In this document: positions 1 through 10,659 of the stretch, one piece after another
How positions within the stretch are numbered: position 1 is the stretch's first letter
How the letters are laid out: every line of letters starts with the position of its first letter
Assembly (NCBI GenBank): GCA_003209165.1
Contig: QCSL01000002.1
Span: 8,630-72,629, forward strand
Length of the DNA stretch: 64,000 nt
DNA from: Synechococcus sp. AG-670-B23
GTDB taxonomy: Bacteria; Cyanobacteriota; Cyanobacteriia; PCC-6307; Cyanobiaceae
Direction: 5' to 3'
Translations under genes and position numbers: made by a program
The notes under the pieces: model-generated
What the model saw: only the letters and a program-made list of their open reading frames with translations
Databases searched by the model: none
What the model was told of the DNA's origin: nothing

Positions 1-57
1 GCCGTCGCTGTCTCCAAGGCTGGAGCTCCCTAACGTCCGCACAGCAGCCTGGACGAC

Positions 58-867
58 ATGGCCACTACCCCCTCCCCAAGTGGACTCTCTGTGGGGAAAG
101 CCTTGCAAGACGGTTGGCGGTTGTTTCGACGCAGCCCCTGGCCTTTTGTGGGCTTTGTGCTGCTCAGCTTCGGCTGCAGCCTGGCACTGGACTGGTTGCC
201 CTCGCCCGCCGACGGACTAGCCAACGGTTTGATAGATCTCTGGGTCTCGATCGGACTGATGCGCGGGGTCTGGCTCGGTTTGCAGGGGAAACAACCGACC
301 TTTAGCGACCTGATCAAGCTCAATCCAGGGGCAATTTGGCGCCTGTTCAGCCGTCAATTTGTTCTGGGCCTACTGCTAACACTGATCAGCGGGGCAGCCT
401 TCGCCTTGGCGGTGAACGCTGCGCAGGCGAGCCCCTTGGTGGAGGAACTCGTCAGACTGAGCGTGAGACCGGATGGGTCAGACCCCAGCCAACTGCCGGT
501 TTTGCTGGCTGCGCTCCAAGCTTTGGGCTTGCAGCTGCTGCGCAACCCGATCTCCCTTCTGCTTCTTCTGCTTGTAGCTGCCTTGAACCTGTACGTGCAG
601 GTAAACCAGGCCTTTCTGGGCTACCTGGCGGTGCTGAAGGGCCTCGGCCCCATCCAGGCCCTGCAAGTGGGCTTCACCACGGTGCAACAGCATTGGTGGA
701 CGGTGTTTGGACTGCTGGTGCTGCAACTGGGCGTTTTGGTGCTGGGCGTTTTGGCCTGCGGCTTTGGCCTGCTGGCGGCCGTTCCCTTGGTGTCTGGCCT
801 CACAGCTTCCGCCTACCGCCAATTGTTCGGGGATGACGATGCCGCCGGGTTCCTCAGCGGCCGCTAA
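58..867 (+). CDS. Hypothetical integral membrane protein (DUF975/BPSS1780-like)
   Basis: 269-aa ORF with multiple hydrophobic segments; '[10 protein letters not shown]' N-terminus and 'LACGFGLL...AYRQL' C-terminus typical of this uncharacterised membrane family. Confidence 0.65.
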   Translation: MATTPSPSGLSVGKALQDGWRLFRRSPWPFVGFVLLSFGCSLALDWLPSPADGLANGLIDLWVSIGLMRGVWLGLQGKQPTFSDLIKLNPGAIWRLFSRQFVLGLLLTLISGAAFALAVNAAQASPLVEELVRLSVRPDGSDPSQLPVLLAALQALGLQLLRNPISLLLLLLVAALNLYVQVNQAFLGYLAVLKGLGPIQALQVGFTTVQQHWWTVFGLLVLQLGVLVLGVLACGFGLLAAVPLVSGLTASAYRQLFGDDDAAGFLSGR

Positions 868-1748
868 ACAGCCGCCAGGCGTTGGGCCACCCGCCATTTG
901 GCACTGCGGCTGCGGGGATTAGCCTCTTGCTCCTGCTCGGTGGCCACCACCGGTTTGCGGGTGATCCTATGCAGGCGCTCGTCCCGCAAAAAGGCCGTTT
1001 TTACGCGGCGGTCTTCCAAGGAATGGAAGCTGATGATCCCTAGCAGGCCCTCGGGCTCCAGCCAGTCAGGGGCCTGCTGCAACAGGCGATCCAGCACCCC
1101 CAGCTCGTCGTTCACTGCAATCCGCAAGGCCTGGAAAGTGCGGGTGGCGGGATGAATCCGCCCACGCCGCGCCTTGGGGGGGTAACAACCGGCCACGGCA
1201 TAGGCCAAGGCGGCGGTGCCGTCATAGGCGCCGTTTTCTTTGAGGTCGGTTTTGATCCGCCGGGCAATGCGCCGGGAGAGCCGCTCCTCTCCATAGCCAT
1301 AGATCAGATCCGCCAGATCTTCCTCCTCCAGGCGATCCATCAGCTCAGCCGCGGTCTCCCCCTCGCCGCCTGCATTCATCCGCATATCCAAAGGACCATC
1401 CAGGCGAAAACTGAAGCCCCGCGCCGCAACATCCAGCTGCGGGCTGCTGACCCCCAGATCCGCCAGCACCATCACAGCGGGCTCGGGCGGCAGGTAGTCG
1501 GCAAAGTTGGTGGCAAAGATCGAAACCCGCTCACCGAAGGGGGCCAAACGCTCCGCCGCCGCTGCCCGGGCCGTGGCGTCCTGATCCAGACCGATCAAGC
1601 GCAGGCCGGGATGCTGTTCCAGCAACAGGGCGCTATGGCCGCCGCCACCGAGGGTGGCATCAATCAACAGGCCCTCCTGACGCGGGATCTGCCGGGCCGC
1701 ATCCAGAACCGCATCGGCCAGCACGGGAACATGGCTGAAGGGGGGCAC
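864..1748 (-). CDS. rsmH: 16S rRNA m4C1402 methyltransferase RsmH (MraW)
   Basis: [46 protein letters not shown] and NPRSRSAK motifs. Confidence 0.97.
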   Translation of the reverse strand: MPPFSHVPVLADAVLDAARQIPRQEGLLIDATLGGGGHSALLLEQHPGLRLIGLDQDATARAAAAERLAPFGERVSIFATNFADYLPPEPAVMVLADLGVSSPQLDVAARGFSFRLDGPLDMRMNAGGEGETAAELMDRLEEEDLADLIYGYGEERLSRRIARRIKTDLKENGAYDGTAALAYAVAGCYPPKARRGRIHPATRTFQALRIAVNDELGVLDRLLQQAPDWLEPEGLLGIISFHSLEDRRVKTAFLRDERLHRITRKPVVATEQEQEANPRSRSAKWRVAQRLAAV

Positions 1749-1802
1749 AAACCACAGGCGAAGACTCCTTAAGATCTACACATTGATCGAACCACCGCTC
1801 CC

Positions 1803-2987
1803 ATGACGCAGCTGGAAACGCGCACGGAGCCCATGGTGGTGAACTTCGGGCCGCACCACCCCTCCATGCACGGGGTGCTGCGGCTCGTAGTCACCCTCGA
1901 TGGTGAGGACGTGGTCGACTGCGAACCGGTGATCGGTTACCTCCATCGCGGCATGGAGAAGATCGCCGAGAACCGCACGAACGTGATGTTTGTGCCCTAC
2001 GTGAGCCGCATGGACTACGCGGCGGGGATGTTTTACGAGGCGATCGTGGTGAACGCCCCGGAAAAACTGGCCGACATACCGGTGCCCAAGCGGGCCAGCT
2101 ATATACGGGTATTGATGCTGGAACTCAACCGCATCGCCAACCACCTCCTTTGGCTAGGGCCCTTCCTGGCAGACGTCGGAGCCCAGACCCCGTTCTTCTA
2201 CATCTTCCGCGAGCGGGAGATGATTTACGACCTCTGGGAAGCCGCCACCGGCCAGCGGCTGATTAACAACAACTATTTCCGCATCGGCGGCGTTGCCGCT
2301 GATCTGCCCTGGGGTTGGCTTGAAAAGTGCCGAGATTTCTGCGACTGGTTCGGCCCCAAGATCGATGAGTACGAAAAGCTGATCACCAACAACCCCATCT
2401 TCCGGCGCAGGATTGAGGGTCTGGGAACGATTGAGAAGCAGGACGCCATCAACTGGAGCCTCTCCGGCCCAATGCTGCGAGCCTCCGGTGTGCCCTGGGA
2501 TCTGCGCAAAGTGGACCACTACGAGTGCTACGACGACTTCGACTGGCAGGTGGCCTGGGAGAAAGAAGGCGATTGCTTTGCCCGCTATCGCGTGCGCATC
2601 GAAGAAATGCGCCAGTCGCTCAAGATCCTGCGTCAGGCCTGCGACATGATCCCCGGCGGCCCAACCGAAAACCTCGAGGCCAAGCGCCTCAACGAAGGCA
2701 AGGGCAGCGACGCCGCTGGTTTTGACTTCCAGTACGTGGCCAAGAAGGTTGCTCCCACCTTCAAGATCCCCAATGGCGAGCTCTACAGCAGACTGGAGTC
2801 GGGCAAAGGCGAGATCGGCGTTTTCATCCAGGGCAACAACGACGTCACCCCCTGGCGCTTCAAGATCCGCGCTGCCGACAGCAACAATTTGCAGATCCTC
2901 CCCCACATCCTCAAGGGACACAAGGTGGCCGACATCATGGCCATTCTCGGTTCCATTGACGTAATCATGGGATCGGTAGATCGCTGA
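1803..2987 (+). CDS. ndhH: NAD(P)H-quinone oxidoreductase subunit H
   Basis: [25 protein letters not shown] and C-terminal [12 protein letters not shown]; 394 aa. Confidence 0.98.
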   Translation: MTQLETRTEPMVVNFGPHHPSMHGVLRLVVTLDGEDVVDCEPVIGYLHRGMEKIAENRTNVMFVPYVSRMDYAAGMFYEAIVVNAPEKLADIPVPKRASYIRVLMLELNRIANHLLWLGPFLADVGAQTPFFYIFREREMIYDLWEAATGQRLINNNYFRIGGVAADLPWGWLEKCRDFCDWFGPKIDEYEKLITNNPIFRRRIEGLGTIEKQDAINWSLSGPMLRASGVPWDLRKVDHYECYDDFDWQVAWEKEGDCFARYRVRIEEMRQSLKILRQACDMIPGGPTENLEAKRLNEGKGSDAAGFDFQYVAKKVAPTFKIPNGELYSRLESGKGEIGVFIQGNNDVTPWRFKIRAADSNNLQILPHILKGHKVADIMAILGSIDVIMGSVDR

Positions 2988-3044
2988 TCTCTGAACCCCT
3001 TTCTTCGTCGTCTGCAAAGCACGGGTTACCTTCTGCCCGCAACC

Positions 3045-3374
3045 TTGACCGGCACATTGTGGCTCAAGGGCCTGCATCCAGACCTTCCAGGCCTTCAGTG
3101 CCCACTGCGCGCACTCACAGGCGTGCCCTGCCCCACCTGCTTTCTGACCCGTGCGACGGGGGCAGCACTTATTGGTGATCTAAGCGGATCGCTTCGATGG
3201 CATCTTTTCGGCCCGATCGCCGCCCTGGGACTGGTGCTCTGGAGTGTGTTGGCGCTGCAGCAAAGGCGCCTAGTCCCCCGGGGCCTGCACGTCTGGCCTT
3301 TTCCCGTCGTTGGTGGAGCGTTGATCAGCTACTGGCTGCTGCGCCTAAGCACCAACAGTTGGCCCAGCGGCTGA
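3045..3374 (+). CDS. DUF2752-family membrane protein
   Basis: CPLRALTGVPCPTCFLTRA motif. The frame is open back to 2988, so the true start may be CTG at 2991. Confidence 0.8.
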   Translation: MTGTLWLKGLHPDLPGLQCPLRALTGVPCPTCFLTRATGAALIGDLSGSLRWHLFGPIAALGLVLWSVLALQQRRLVPRGLHVWPFPVVGGALISYWLLRLSTNSWPSG

Positions 3375-3377
3375 GCC

Positions 3378-4055
3378 CTAGCGCAACAGGCCGCGCTCAT
3401 AGGCAACGTTCTGCAAGAAGAAACTGGCAATGGGGATCACCAGAAAGGCACCCAGGCCGCATGTCACCAAGGCCAGCAGCCCCACAACAAGGCCCGTCAA
3501 CACCTCAAGGCCCACAAAGCTCAAACCGTTCTGTGAGCGGTAGACCACCTGAAACGACTGGGCGAAGGCGTCACCGATGGTCATTTCGGTGACGAAGATT
3601 CGATTCACAAACACCGGCGTGACCAATGCCACCGCTATGCCGGGAAGAATGCAGAGCAGATAGCCAATAATCGTGGCAAGCGAAAAAAACAGCCCCGCCA
3701 GGACATAACGCCACCAACGGCCTGTGAGCAGCTGCGAGGCAGCGGCAATGGTCACAACCTCTCCATGCTCGTAATAGAGGGCAGGAACAGCCACCAGCAA
3801 CACCCACAACAGGCTGGCGAGGATGGTGAGAGGCAGTTGAACCAGCTGGGCCAGAACCGCACCGAACCCCAGCGCCGCGTCGCTGCTGCCGAGGGTGGTC
3901 GACACCACAACGATGACCAGGGCATAGGCGAGAACACCGAGCAGCGATAGCAGAATGGAGCCCACCCAGATCACCAACACCACAGGGATGTGCTGCAGGA
4001 AGGCCTGCCAGGCCTTCTGGATGGACGGGGGCTCATGAGCGATCGGCGCGGCCAT
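3378..4055 (-). CDS. Hypothetical integral membrane protein
   Basis: 225-aa hydrophobic ORF with 'LLCILPGI' and 'AFAQSF' motifs of DUF975-like membrane proteins. Confidence 0.65.
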   Translation of the reverse strand: MAAPIAHEPPSIQKAWQAFLQHIPVVLVIWVGSILLSLLGVLAYALVIVVVSTTLGSSDAALGFGAVLAQLVQLPLTILASLLWVLLVAVPALYYEHGEVVTIAAASQLLTGRWWRYVLAGLFFSLATIIGYLLCILPGIAVALVTPVFVNRIFVTEMTIGDAFAQSFQVVYRSQNGLSFVGLEVLTGLVVGLLALVTCGLGAFLVIPIASFFLQNVAYERGLLR

Positions 4056-4114
4056 TATTCAGGCGGAATTTCTGTCAGGGTGACAGTCGGCACCGGCTCT
4101 AACAACACATCGCC

Positions 4115-4564
4115 ATGACCTCTGCCCCCTGGCTGGAGCTGAGCCGAACCGTGCGCTTCAGCGACACCGACGCCGCCGGCGTGATGCACTTTCAGCATCT
4201 GCTGGGGTGGTGCCATCAGGCCTGGGAAGAAAGCCTGGAACGCTTTGGCCTTCCGGCGGGCTCGGTCTTCCCCGGCGGCCGCGGGAAGCAGCCCAATGTG
4301 GCCTTGCCGATAGTGCACTGCCACGCCGATTTCCGCGCCCCGGTGCAGGTGGGAGACCAGCTGCTAATCCGCCTTGAACCGGAACGGCTCGATCCCAGCA
4401 GTTTTGCTGTGAACAGCCAAGTGCTGCTGAAGGAACAGCTGATGGCCAGCGGGTATCTACGCCATGTGGCCATCGACGCACAAACCCGGCGCCGTTGTGC
4501 CCTGCCCGATGGCGTGGACCGTTGGCTGGAGGCGTCAAGCCTCGGCCAAATCCAACCGCTTTAA
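4115..4564 (+). CDS. 1,4-dihydroxy-2-naphthoyl-CoA thioesterase (4HBT hot-dog fold)
   Basis: VRFSDTDAAGVMHF motif; adjacent to the men genes. Confidence 0.88.
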   Translation: MTSAPWLELSRTVRFSDTDAAGVMHFQHLLGWCHQAWEESLERFGLPAGSVFPGGRGKQPNVALPIVHCHADFRAPVQVGDQLLIRLEPERLDPSSFAVNSQVLLKEQLMASGYLRHVAIDAQTRRRCALPDGVDRWLEASSLGQIQPL

Positions 4565-5707
4565 CCACTCCCGCCAGCGCTGGCGATGCCATTTCCCCAG
4601 CACCGATGGGGCCAAGTCGGGGCACAACAGCCAACGCCGTGGCGTCTCAGCCGGTGGCCAGGACCGCGTGAGGAGCTCAAGGCGCTGAAGCACGGTCGCA
4701 TCAGAGCTGCCCACCAAGGCCACGAGCCGCTGACCCCACTCCGGATCGTCCACACCCAAGAGCAGCACGGCGCTCACCGGAAGCGATGCTGCCTGAATCG
4801 CAGCCATAAAGCGCCGTTCCAGCTGCTCTGGGAACACCGTTTCCCCGCCGGATTGAATGGCGCCATCGATGCGGCCTGCAATTTGAAGGCCTGGGGTCAA
4901 GGTGGCGCGATCCCCGGAGCGCCACCAGCCGGCCGCATCCGTCAACGGTTCCCAATGATCCGGCTGATCCGCACTCCAACGGCCCAGGGCCAAGCGATCG
5001 GTACGCAGCTCCAGAGCCCCATCAGAAGCAAGTCGCAGCTCAACATCCATCAGCGGATCCCCACAACCCGACTCACCATCCAGGAAGCGGGCCGGCGGCA
5101 AAGCCGCCACCATCGCCGCCGTCTCCGTCGACCCATAACAGGGCGCCAGCGGCAACTGCAACGCACGAGCCTGATCCGCCAACGGAGGCGGGAGAGCAGC
5201 CCCACCGATCCAGATCAGCTCCATCTGCCGCAGAAAGGCCACCCCGTCGGGATGGCCCAGCAAACGTGCCAGCTGCGTGGGCACCAATGACAGCAATGCA
5301 GGGTTCGTCCCCCAGGCGGGCAGGCCCTGGCAGAACGCGAACAATTCAGTGGGACGTTTCATCAAGCCCGGGTCCAATTGCTGATGCCCCGCGCCCCAGC
5401 AGCGGGCGCGCCACCAGGGCATCAGACCACTCACATGCGCCAGCGGCAGTGGATTGAACAGCGAGGTGAAAGCGGGGGCAAGACCGGTCGCCGTCAACCA
5501 ATGGGCGGTGGCTGCTGCCGAACGGTCCAGATGAAGCGACGGCTGGGCGCAGCAACGGCTACCGCCACTGGTGCCACCACTGCGCACCACTACCCCCGGT
5601 CCCGGCGGCAGCTGATCGATGGGTGCAGCTTCCGCCTCGGGCGACATGGCAACCCAATGCCCCGCTGCCAGCCCCTGCTCTAGCCGCTCGATCTCACTCA
5701 TGCTCAT
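4535..5707 (-). CDS. menE: O-succinylbenzoate-CoA ligase
   Basis: AMP-binding motifs SGGTSG, YGSTET, WRSGD, GRID and SGGETVFPE; lies in the men cluster. Confidence 0.88.
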   Translation of the reverse strand: MSMSEIERLEQGLAAGHWVAMSPEAEAAPIDQLPPGPGVVVRSGGTSGGSRCCAQPSLHLDRSAAATAHWLTATGLAPAFTSLFNPLPLAHVSGLMPWWRARCWGAGHQQLDPGLMKRPTELFAFCQGLPAWGTNPALLSLVPTQLARLLGHPDGVAFLRQMELIWIGGAALPPPLADQARALQLPLAPCYGSTETAAMVAALPPARFLDGESGCGDPLMDVELRLASDGALELRTDRLALGRWSADQPDHWEPLTDAAGWWRSGDRATLTPGLQIAGRIDGAIQSGGETVFPEQLERRFMAAIQAASLPVSAVLLLGVDDPEWGQRLVALVGSSDATVLQRLELLTRSWPPAETPRRWLLCPDLAPSVLGKWHRQRWREWLKRLDLAEA

Positions 5708-6672
5708 GCCGCCGCGGCCCAGACCTTCTCTGGGTCGTTGGAAAACAACGCCCCCGATGGCGTCCAGCCGGGGGCCAGGCCGGGTGCAGCCGGCGTGGGC
5801 CCCTGGGCCTGAAGCCCAGCCAGATGCTCCAGCCAGCGCCTACCAATACCGGTTTCGAACGCCGTGCTCAGCATCCGCTTGGGCACCCCCGCCTGCAGCT
5901 CCTGCAACAGCAGGCGGGGATCCCCCTCCAACGCGGGCCGCCGCACCTGCCAGCTGCCCCAGCTGCAGCGCAGCTCCGGGCGCTTCTCGAGGGATTCATC
6001 AAGGGCCACCGGCCCCAGCGCCGCCAACTGCTCCAGACCTTCTTGATCCTCCACCGCCAGCGGCTGCTCCAACCAGGCCAGGCGAGGGTCATCACGCAAC
6101 AGGTGCATCCAAGCCTGGGCCGTGCTGCGGTCCCAACCCGCATTGGCATCCAGGCGCAACCGAGCCGTGAGAGGCAAACCCTCGAGCAACTGATCGAGCA
6201 GCTGACGTTCCAGGAAGTCCACCTCCGTTGCTACCTTCCACTTGAACGTGCGCCGCTCCAGGCCAGCCGACGATGCCGCCACAGCCTCCAGGGCCAAAAG
6301 CATGGCCTCGCCCGCCGGCAACAAAAGCGCCGCCGGCGGGGCTTTCAGCCATCCCTGCGGCGAAGCCGCCCCCACCACACCCTGCAGCTCCGCCAACGCC
6401 GCACCAAGACCAAACCCCACCGCCCCTGGAGCATCCCGCAACACATCCTCCAGCTGAGCCTGTGGAAGCTCGACCGGCAGCGCGGCGAGGGCGGCTTGAC
6501 AGGACGTGAACTGGTGCTGCTGAAGAGGGGCCACTTCGCCCCAGCCAACGGCCCCCTGATCATCATCCAGCCGCAGCAGCCAGCCACAGCGCTCCCGCAG
6601 CTCGCCGGCTGCCGTACGCAGCGGCTGCAGCAGAGCAAAGCGGAAGGGGCGACTCTGCAACCGGAGCTTCAT
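5704..6672 (-). CDS. menC: O-succinylbenzoate synthase
   Basis: Start at ATG 6672 (MKLRLQSRPF); GEVAPL, FKWKV, RLDAN, LEQPL and ALDES enolase-superfamily motifs. Confidence 0.9.
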   Translation of the reverse strand: MKLRLQSRPFRFALLQPLRTAAGELRERCGWLLRLDDDQGAVGWGEVAPLQQHQFTSCQAALAALPVELPQAQLEDVLRDAPGAVGFGLGAALAELQGVVGAASPQGWLKAPPAALLLPAGEAMLLALEAVAASSAGLERRTFKWKVATEVDFLERQLLDQLLEGLPLTARLRLDANAGWDRSTAQAWMHLLRDDPRLAWLEQPLAVEDQEGLEQLAALGPVALDESLEKRPELRCSWGSWQVRRPALEGDPRLLLQELQAGVPKRMLSTAFETGIGRRWLEHLAGLQAQGPTPAAPGLAPGWTPSGALFSNDPEKVWAAAA

Positions 6673-7613
6673 CCGCCAGTCCAGACGCGTGCCAGAGCCA
6701 GGCCAACACTCAGTCCTAGACCATTCCAACCTTGAAAGCGCAAGGCCAGAAACTTGCTGCCGCTGATCAGCTCCGGCCGGTCGTGATAGCGCTGGAGCAG
6801 ACGCATCAACTGCACGCCTGCCGGCAGGCCGAGGGCGCTCAACAACACCGTTGGAGGCCAGTCTCCATGCAGCAGAGGCATCCACTCCAGCGCCAGCGTC
6901 AAGGCCACAAACCAGGGCACCAACGCCGCCGCCCGGCCCGTGCCCAGTCGCACCACCGGTGAGCGTTTGCCGTGGGCGGCGTCCTCCTCCATCTGATGGA
7001 AGTGCGAACAGAACAAGACAAGGGTGGTTGCCAAGGCTGGTCCTGTTCCCAACATCCAAGCGGTGCCCCAAGGAATCGACGCCGCACCCTTTGGTTGCAA
7101 CACCAAAAGGGCCGCTGCGGTGGCGAAAGGACCAAAGGCCATCCAGCACAGGGGCTCACCCAGGCCGCGGTAGCCCAAGCGGAACGGAGGGCCTTGATAA
7201 ACGTAACCCAGGCCACAGCACACCAACACCAGGCCCAACACCGCCCCACTGCTGTTCCAGGCCAACCCACCCATCACCAACACCCCAAGCACGAGCGCGG
7301 CGGTTGCCCACTGGGCTACACGGTCCCGGCGGCCGGTGAGGTTCACCAGCGAATGGGGCTTGCCGGTGGCATCCACACCTGTGGCCGCATCAAAAACATC
7401 GTTGCTGAGGTTTTCCCAGAGCAACAGCAAGATGGCCGCCAACAAAAAGCCCACCAGCTGCAGCCAACGTAGGGATCCATCCAGCCCGAAGTGCCATCCA
7501 GCCGCCAGCAGGACCGGCATCACAGCGACGGAATACATCGGCCACTTGATCGCCGCCTTCCACAGGCGACGCCGTTCGGCGTAACGGGATGCGACAGCCT
7601 GCGGCTCAGACAT
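6669..7613 (-). CDS. menA: DHNA phytyltransferase
   Basis: Start at ATG 7613 (MSEPQAV); AAIKWPMYSVA, NDVFDAATGVD and YQGPPFRLGY UbiA-type motifs. Confidence 0.92.
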   Translation of the reverse strand: MSEPQAVASRYAERRRLWKAAIKWPMYSVAVMPVLLAAGWHFGLDGSLRWLQLVGFLLAAILLLLWENLSNDVFDAATGVDATGKPHSLVNLTGRRDRVAQWATAALVLGVLVMGGLAWNSSGAVLGLVLVCCGLGYVYQGPPFRLGYRGLGEPLCWMAFGPFATAAALLVLQPKGAASIPWGTAWMLGTGPALATTLVLFCSHFHQMEEDAAHGKRSPVVRLGTGRAAALVPWFVALTLALEWMPLLHGDWPPTVLLSALGLPAGVQLMRLLQRYHDRPELISGSKFLALRFQGWNGLGLSVGLALARVWTGG

Positions 7614-7683
7614 CAAAGAGACCCCGACATCACGGATCAGCACCCATACATTTGAACAGTCCCATTGGCTCGCAGCCCAGCGG

Positions 7684-9081
7684 ATGCCGGCAAAATTCCG
7701 TTTCAGCGATCTCCTCAACGCCGCTCAGAAAGCGTGGGGACTGGGCTGTGGCGATGACAGCCTGCTGAGTCTGGCCATGCCGCTCGACGGCGTTGATCCT
7801 CTGCAAGCGCTGCCAACACTGGGAGCAGGGGGCAACTACAGATTTCTGTGGGACAACACCCCGGGCCTTTGTCTTGTTGCGTCGGGTCGGTGCCAACAAC
7901 TTGATCTGACAGGGGGGCGCCGATTCGAACTCGCCCAGCGCTTCTGCGACCTGACACTCGCCCGGCTGCACGATGGAGCGCCCCAGGCACCGGCGCAGGC
8001 ACGACCGCGGGTTCTGCTTGCCTTCAGCTTTTTCGAAGAGAGCGCAGAGCAAAAAATCGACGATGGAGCTGCGCCATCGGTTCAGGCGGTACTGCCCCGC
8101 TGGCAACTGAGTCGCCATGGGCTACACGGATGGTTACGCGTGAATGCGACCATTTCAAGTTTCTCCGAAGCTAGAGAACTTGCGGAACAGTGCTGGCTGA
8201 TGGCGGAAGCAGTCCAAGACGTCACGCGTGACCCACTTCAAGCCAACGTCATAAGACGTCATCAAACAACAGAAGATTGGCAAGATCGCTATCGAGCACC
8301 ACTGCATCAGGCCATCAATCTTGTAGAGACAGGACAACTGCATAAGTTGGTTTTAGCGGTTCGCAACTCCGTCAAGCTGACAGCACCTTTGGATCCTCTA
8401 CCACTACTACGACGATTACGGCAACAACAAACCAACAGCTGCCGTTTTCTCTGGCAACGCAATGCCAACGACAGTTTTTTTGGCGCATCTCCTGAACGAT
8501 TACTCAGCCTTCGCCGTGGATATCTTCGCAGCGATGCACTCGCTGGAACCGCTTGCGAAGATGATGATGGACAGCGATTACTTCGCTCCGAAAAAGATCG
8601 ACTGGAGCATGAACTCGTCGTCAAAACAATTACAAAAGAACTACAACACTGCGGATTGACACCCTGGCGTCGGCGTGATCCGCACCTATCCCGGCATGGA
8701 AGCCTCACGCATCTTCATACGCCAATCACCGCATACGCCTCTGACCAGGCACCGCTGAAACTCGCGAAAAAACTGCATCCGACCCCAGCCGTGGCAGGCC
8801 TTCCAGGTCGTGAAGCAATGGCCTGGCTGCGAGTTCTCGAACCATTCGAACGCGGCAACTATGCGGCACCGATTGGCTGGATTGACAACCAAGGGGATGC
8901 AGAGCTTCGAGTCGCCATTCGCTGCGGCCACGCCCGTGGGCATAAGGTGGATCTCACCGCGGGTGCAGGACTCGTACGAGGCTCTTGCCCGGAACGGGAA
9001 ATGCAAGAGATAAATCTAAAATTAAACGTACTAATTAAGGAGCTTGATACAGCAACGAATACCAATATCAGGGGTTTCTGA
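7684..9081 (+). CDS. menF: Isochorismate synthase
   Basis: KLVLA, GASPERL, ALAGT, EHELVV, LHPTPAVAGLP, YAAPIGW and AGAGLV motifs. Confidence 0.93.
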   Translation: MPAKFRFSDLLNAAQKAWGLGCGDDSLLSLAMPLDGVDPLQALPTLGAGGNYRFLWDNTPGLCLVASGRCQQLDLTGGRRFELAQRFCDLTLARLHDGAPQAPAQARPRVLLAFSFFEESAEQKIDDGAAPSVQAVLPRWQLSRHGLHGWLRVNATISSFSEARELAEQCWLMAEAVQDVTRDPLQANVIRRHQTTEDWQDRYRAPLHQAINLVETGQLHKLVLAVRNSVKLTAPLDPLPLLRRLRQQQTNSCRFLWQRNANDSFFGASPERLLSLRRGYLRSDALAGTACEDDDGQRLLRSEKDRLEHELVVKTITKELQHCGLTPWRRRDPHLSRHGSLTHLHTPITAYASDQAPLKLAKKLHPTPAVAGLPGREAMAWLRVLEPFERGNYAAPIGWIDNQGDAELRVAIRCGHARGHKVDLTAGAGLVRGSCPEREMQEINLKLNVLIKELDTATNTNIRGF

Positions 9082-9290
9082 CCAAAAGATCTCGCTTCCA
9101 ATCTTCTTTATGTTGTCATAGAATTAATGATTCAAAAGCGTCTTCAGAAAATGGCTGCCGAGCAATAAATTCCAATGAAGAAACATCAGTATCATTATAA
9201 AATGACTGCGTTCAGCGTAAAGCACCCTACAAAAACAGACCATCCGAATCTCAGGCGAATGATCATTTATCTATCCAGCTGGAACCCGAA

Positions 9291-9316
9291 GCCGACCTTA
9301 AAAAGTCGGCCTTTGT
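9291..9316 (+). terminator. Putative hairpin terminator or operator between menF and the island
   Basis: GCCGAC-cttaaaaa-GTCGGC inverted repeat followed by CTTTGT. Confidence 0.35.
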
Positions 9317-9373
9317 ACAGAGTGCTCTAGGAATCAATTGCCAAGAGCTCAGGAATATCTAGAATATTGAGGC

Positions 9374-10564
9374 ATGGCCATGAATCAAATGAAGTATCGC
9401 CTTCTCGGCAGATCTGGACTTCGCGTTTCCGAATTGTGCCTTGGTTGTGGCACGCTCGGGACCAACTGGGGAGATTTAGGGGCTAATCAAGAGGAGTCCA
9501 ACAAGATTCTCGATGGCTTTGCTAGCGCAGGTGGAAATTATCTGGATACCTCGAACCGATATCAAGAATCGCAGTCAGAGCAGTGGGTAGGTGATTTTAT
9601 TCAAAAAGAGAGAGATTTCTTTGTTGTAGGAACCAAATACTCCTTGGGCGATGGCGCAGCAGATTTCAACGGTGTTGGAAAGCCAACAAATCAAAAAGAC
9701 CCAAATAACCGCGGTAATCACCGCAAAAACTTGAGGCGATCGGTTGAGGGCAGCTTGAAACGCCTTAAAACTGACTACATCGACATCCTTTGGCTTCACA
9801 TCTGGGATTACACAACCCCTTTTGATGAAATCGTCCTGAGTGTCAATGACCTCATTAAGGAGGGTAAAGTCCTCTATGCAGGGTTATCAAGTGTGCCTGC
9901 ATGGCAGGTCTCACGGATGAACACCTACGCGGATCATCACGGCCTGCACCCATTCATTGCACTTCAAAATGAGTGGAGCCTGGTAGAGCGATCACACGAA
10001 CCAGAATATCTACCAATGTGCAAGGAACTCGACATTGGGATGACCTGCTGGTCACCACTACATGGCGGACTTTTATCGGGTAAGTACACGACAGATTCCG
10101 TTGACCCCTCGATACCCAACCGAGTTTTACCGCACGTCAAAGACAGCAGCCAATTCTGGTACCAAGCAACCCAGAGAAATCTGGCCATCCTGAAAGAGCT
10201 CCAACCCATCGTGGACGAAGTTGGAGAGCCATGGACTGCATTTGCCCTGCGCTGGCTGATGCAACAAAAGGAGACCGTCACCATTCCGATTTTCTCAGTG
10301 CGCACAGCAAAGCAACTCACCGATGCGTTGCGAGCCACAGAATTCCAGCTCAGTGACGAGCAAATGGCAAAAATCAACACCATCACATCACCTGCGATCA
10401 CATCGCCGTACCCTGCCTTTGGCGCTTACCCATACACCATGCTCGAGTATGGAAGCCCAGCACTCCCCAACTTCTTCTCGCGAGCACTTCTGCATGGCGA
10501 AACGGAGGCGATGATTGAAAACCACCGCGTTCCTCATCCCTATCAGTTTCAGATGGAGGACTGA
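9374..10564 (+). CDS. Aldo/keto reductase, aryl-alcohol-dehydrogenase (AKR9)-like
   Basis: LGRSGLRVSELCLG, GGNYLDTSNRYQ (catalytic D/Y), GTKY (K), SLKRLKTDYIDILWLHIWD (H) and WSPLHGGLLSGKY. Confidence 0.9.
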   Translation: MAMNQMKYRLLGRSGLRVSELCLGCGTLGTNWGDLGANQEESNKILDGFASAGGNYLDTSNRYQESQSEQWVGDFIQKERDFFVVGTKYSLGDGAADFNGVGKPTNQKDPNNRGNHRKNLRRSVEGSLKRLKTDYIDILWLHIWDYTTPFDEIVLSVNDLIKEGKVLYAGLSSVPAWQVSRMNTYADHHGLHPFIALQNEWSLVERSHEPEYLPMCKELDIGMTCWSPLHGGLLSGKYTTDSVDPSIPNRVLPHVKDSSQFWYQATQRNLAILKELQPIVDEVGEPWTAFALRWLMQQKETVTIPIFSVRTAKQLTDALRATEFQLSDEQMAKINTITSPAITSPYPAFGAYPYTMLEYGSPALPNFFSRALLHGETEAMIENHRVPHPYQFQMED

Positions 10565-10659
10565 CGCCCAACCCGAATCCAAGACAATTATGATGATTTA
10601 CTGATTTTCTATCCTGTAGAAGATAAAAGCATTATATTACCGCGACCCGCATAATTTGA

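Noticed and set aside
2154-3077. 307-aa ORF antisense to ndhH
   Set aside because: Shadow ORF caused by the codon bias of a highly expressed GC-rich gene; no motifs
6673-7149. N-terminal extension of the menC ORF (481 aa in the track)
   Set aside because: Overlaps menA in another frame; MenC similarity starts at ATG 6672
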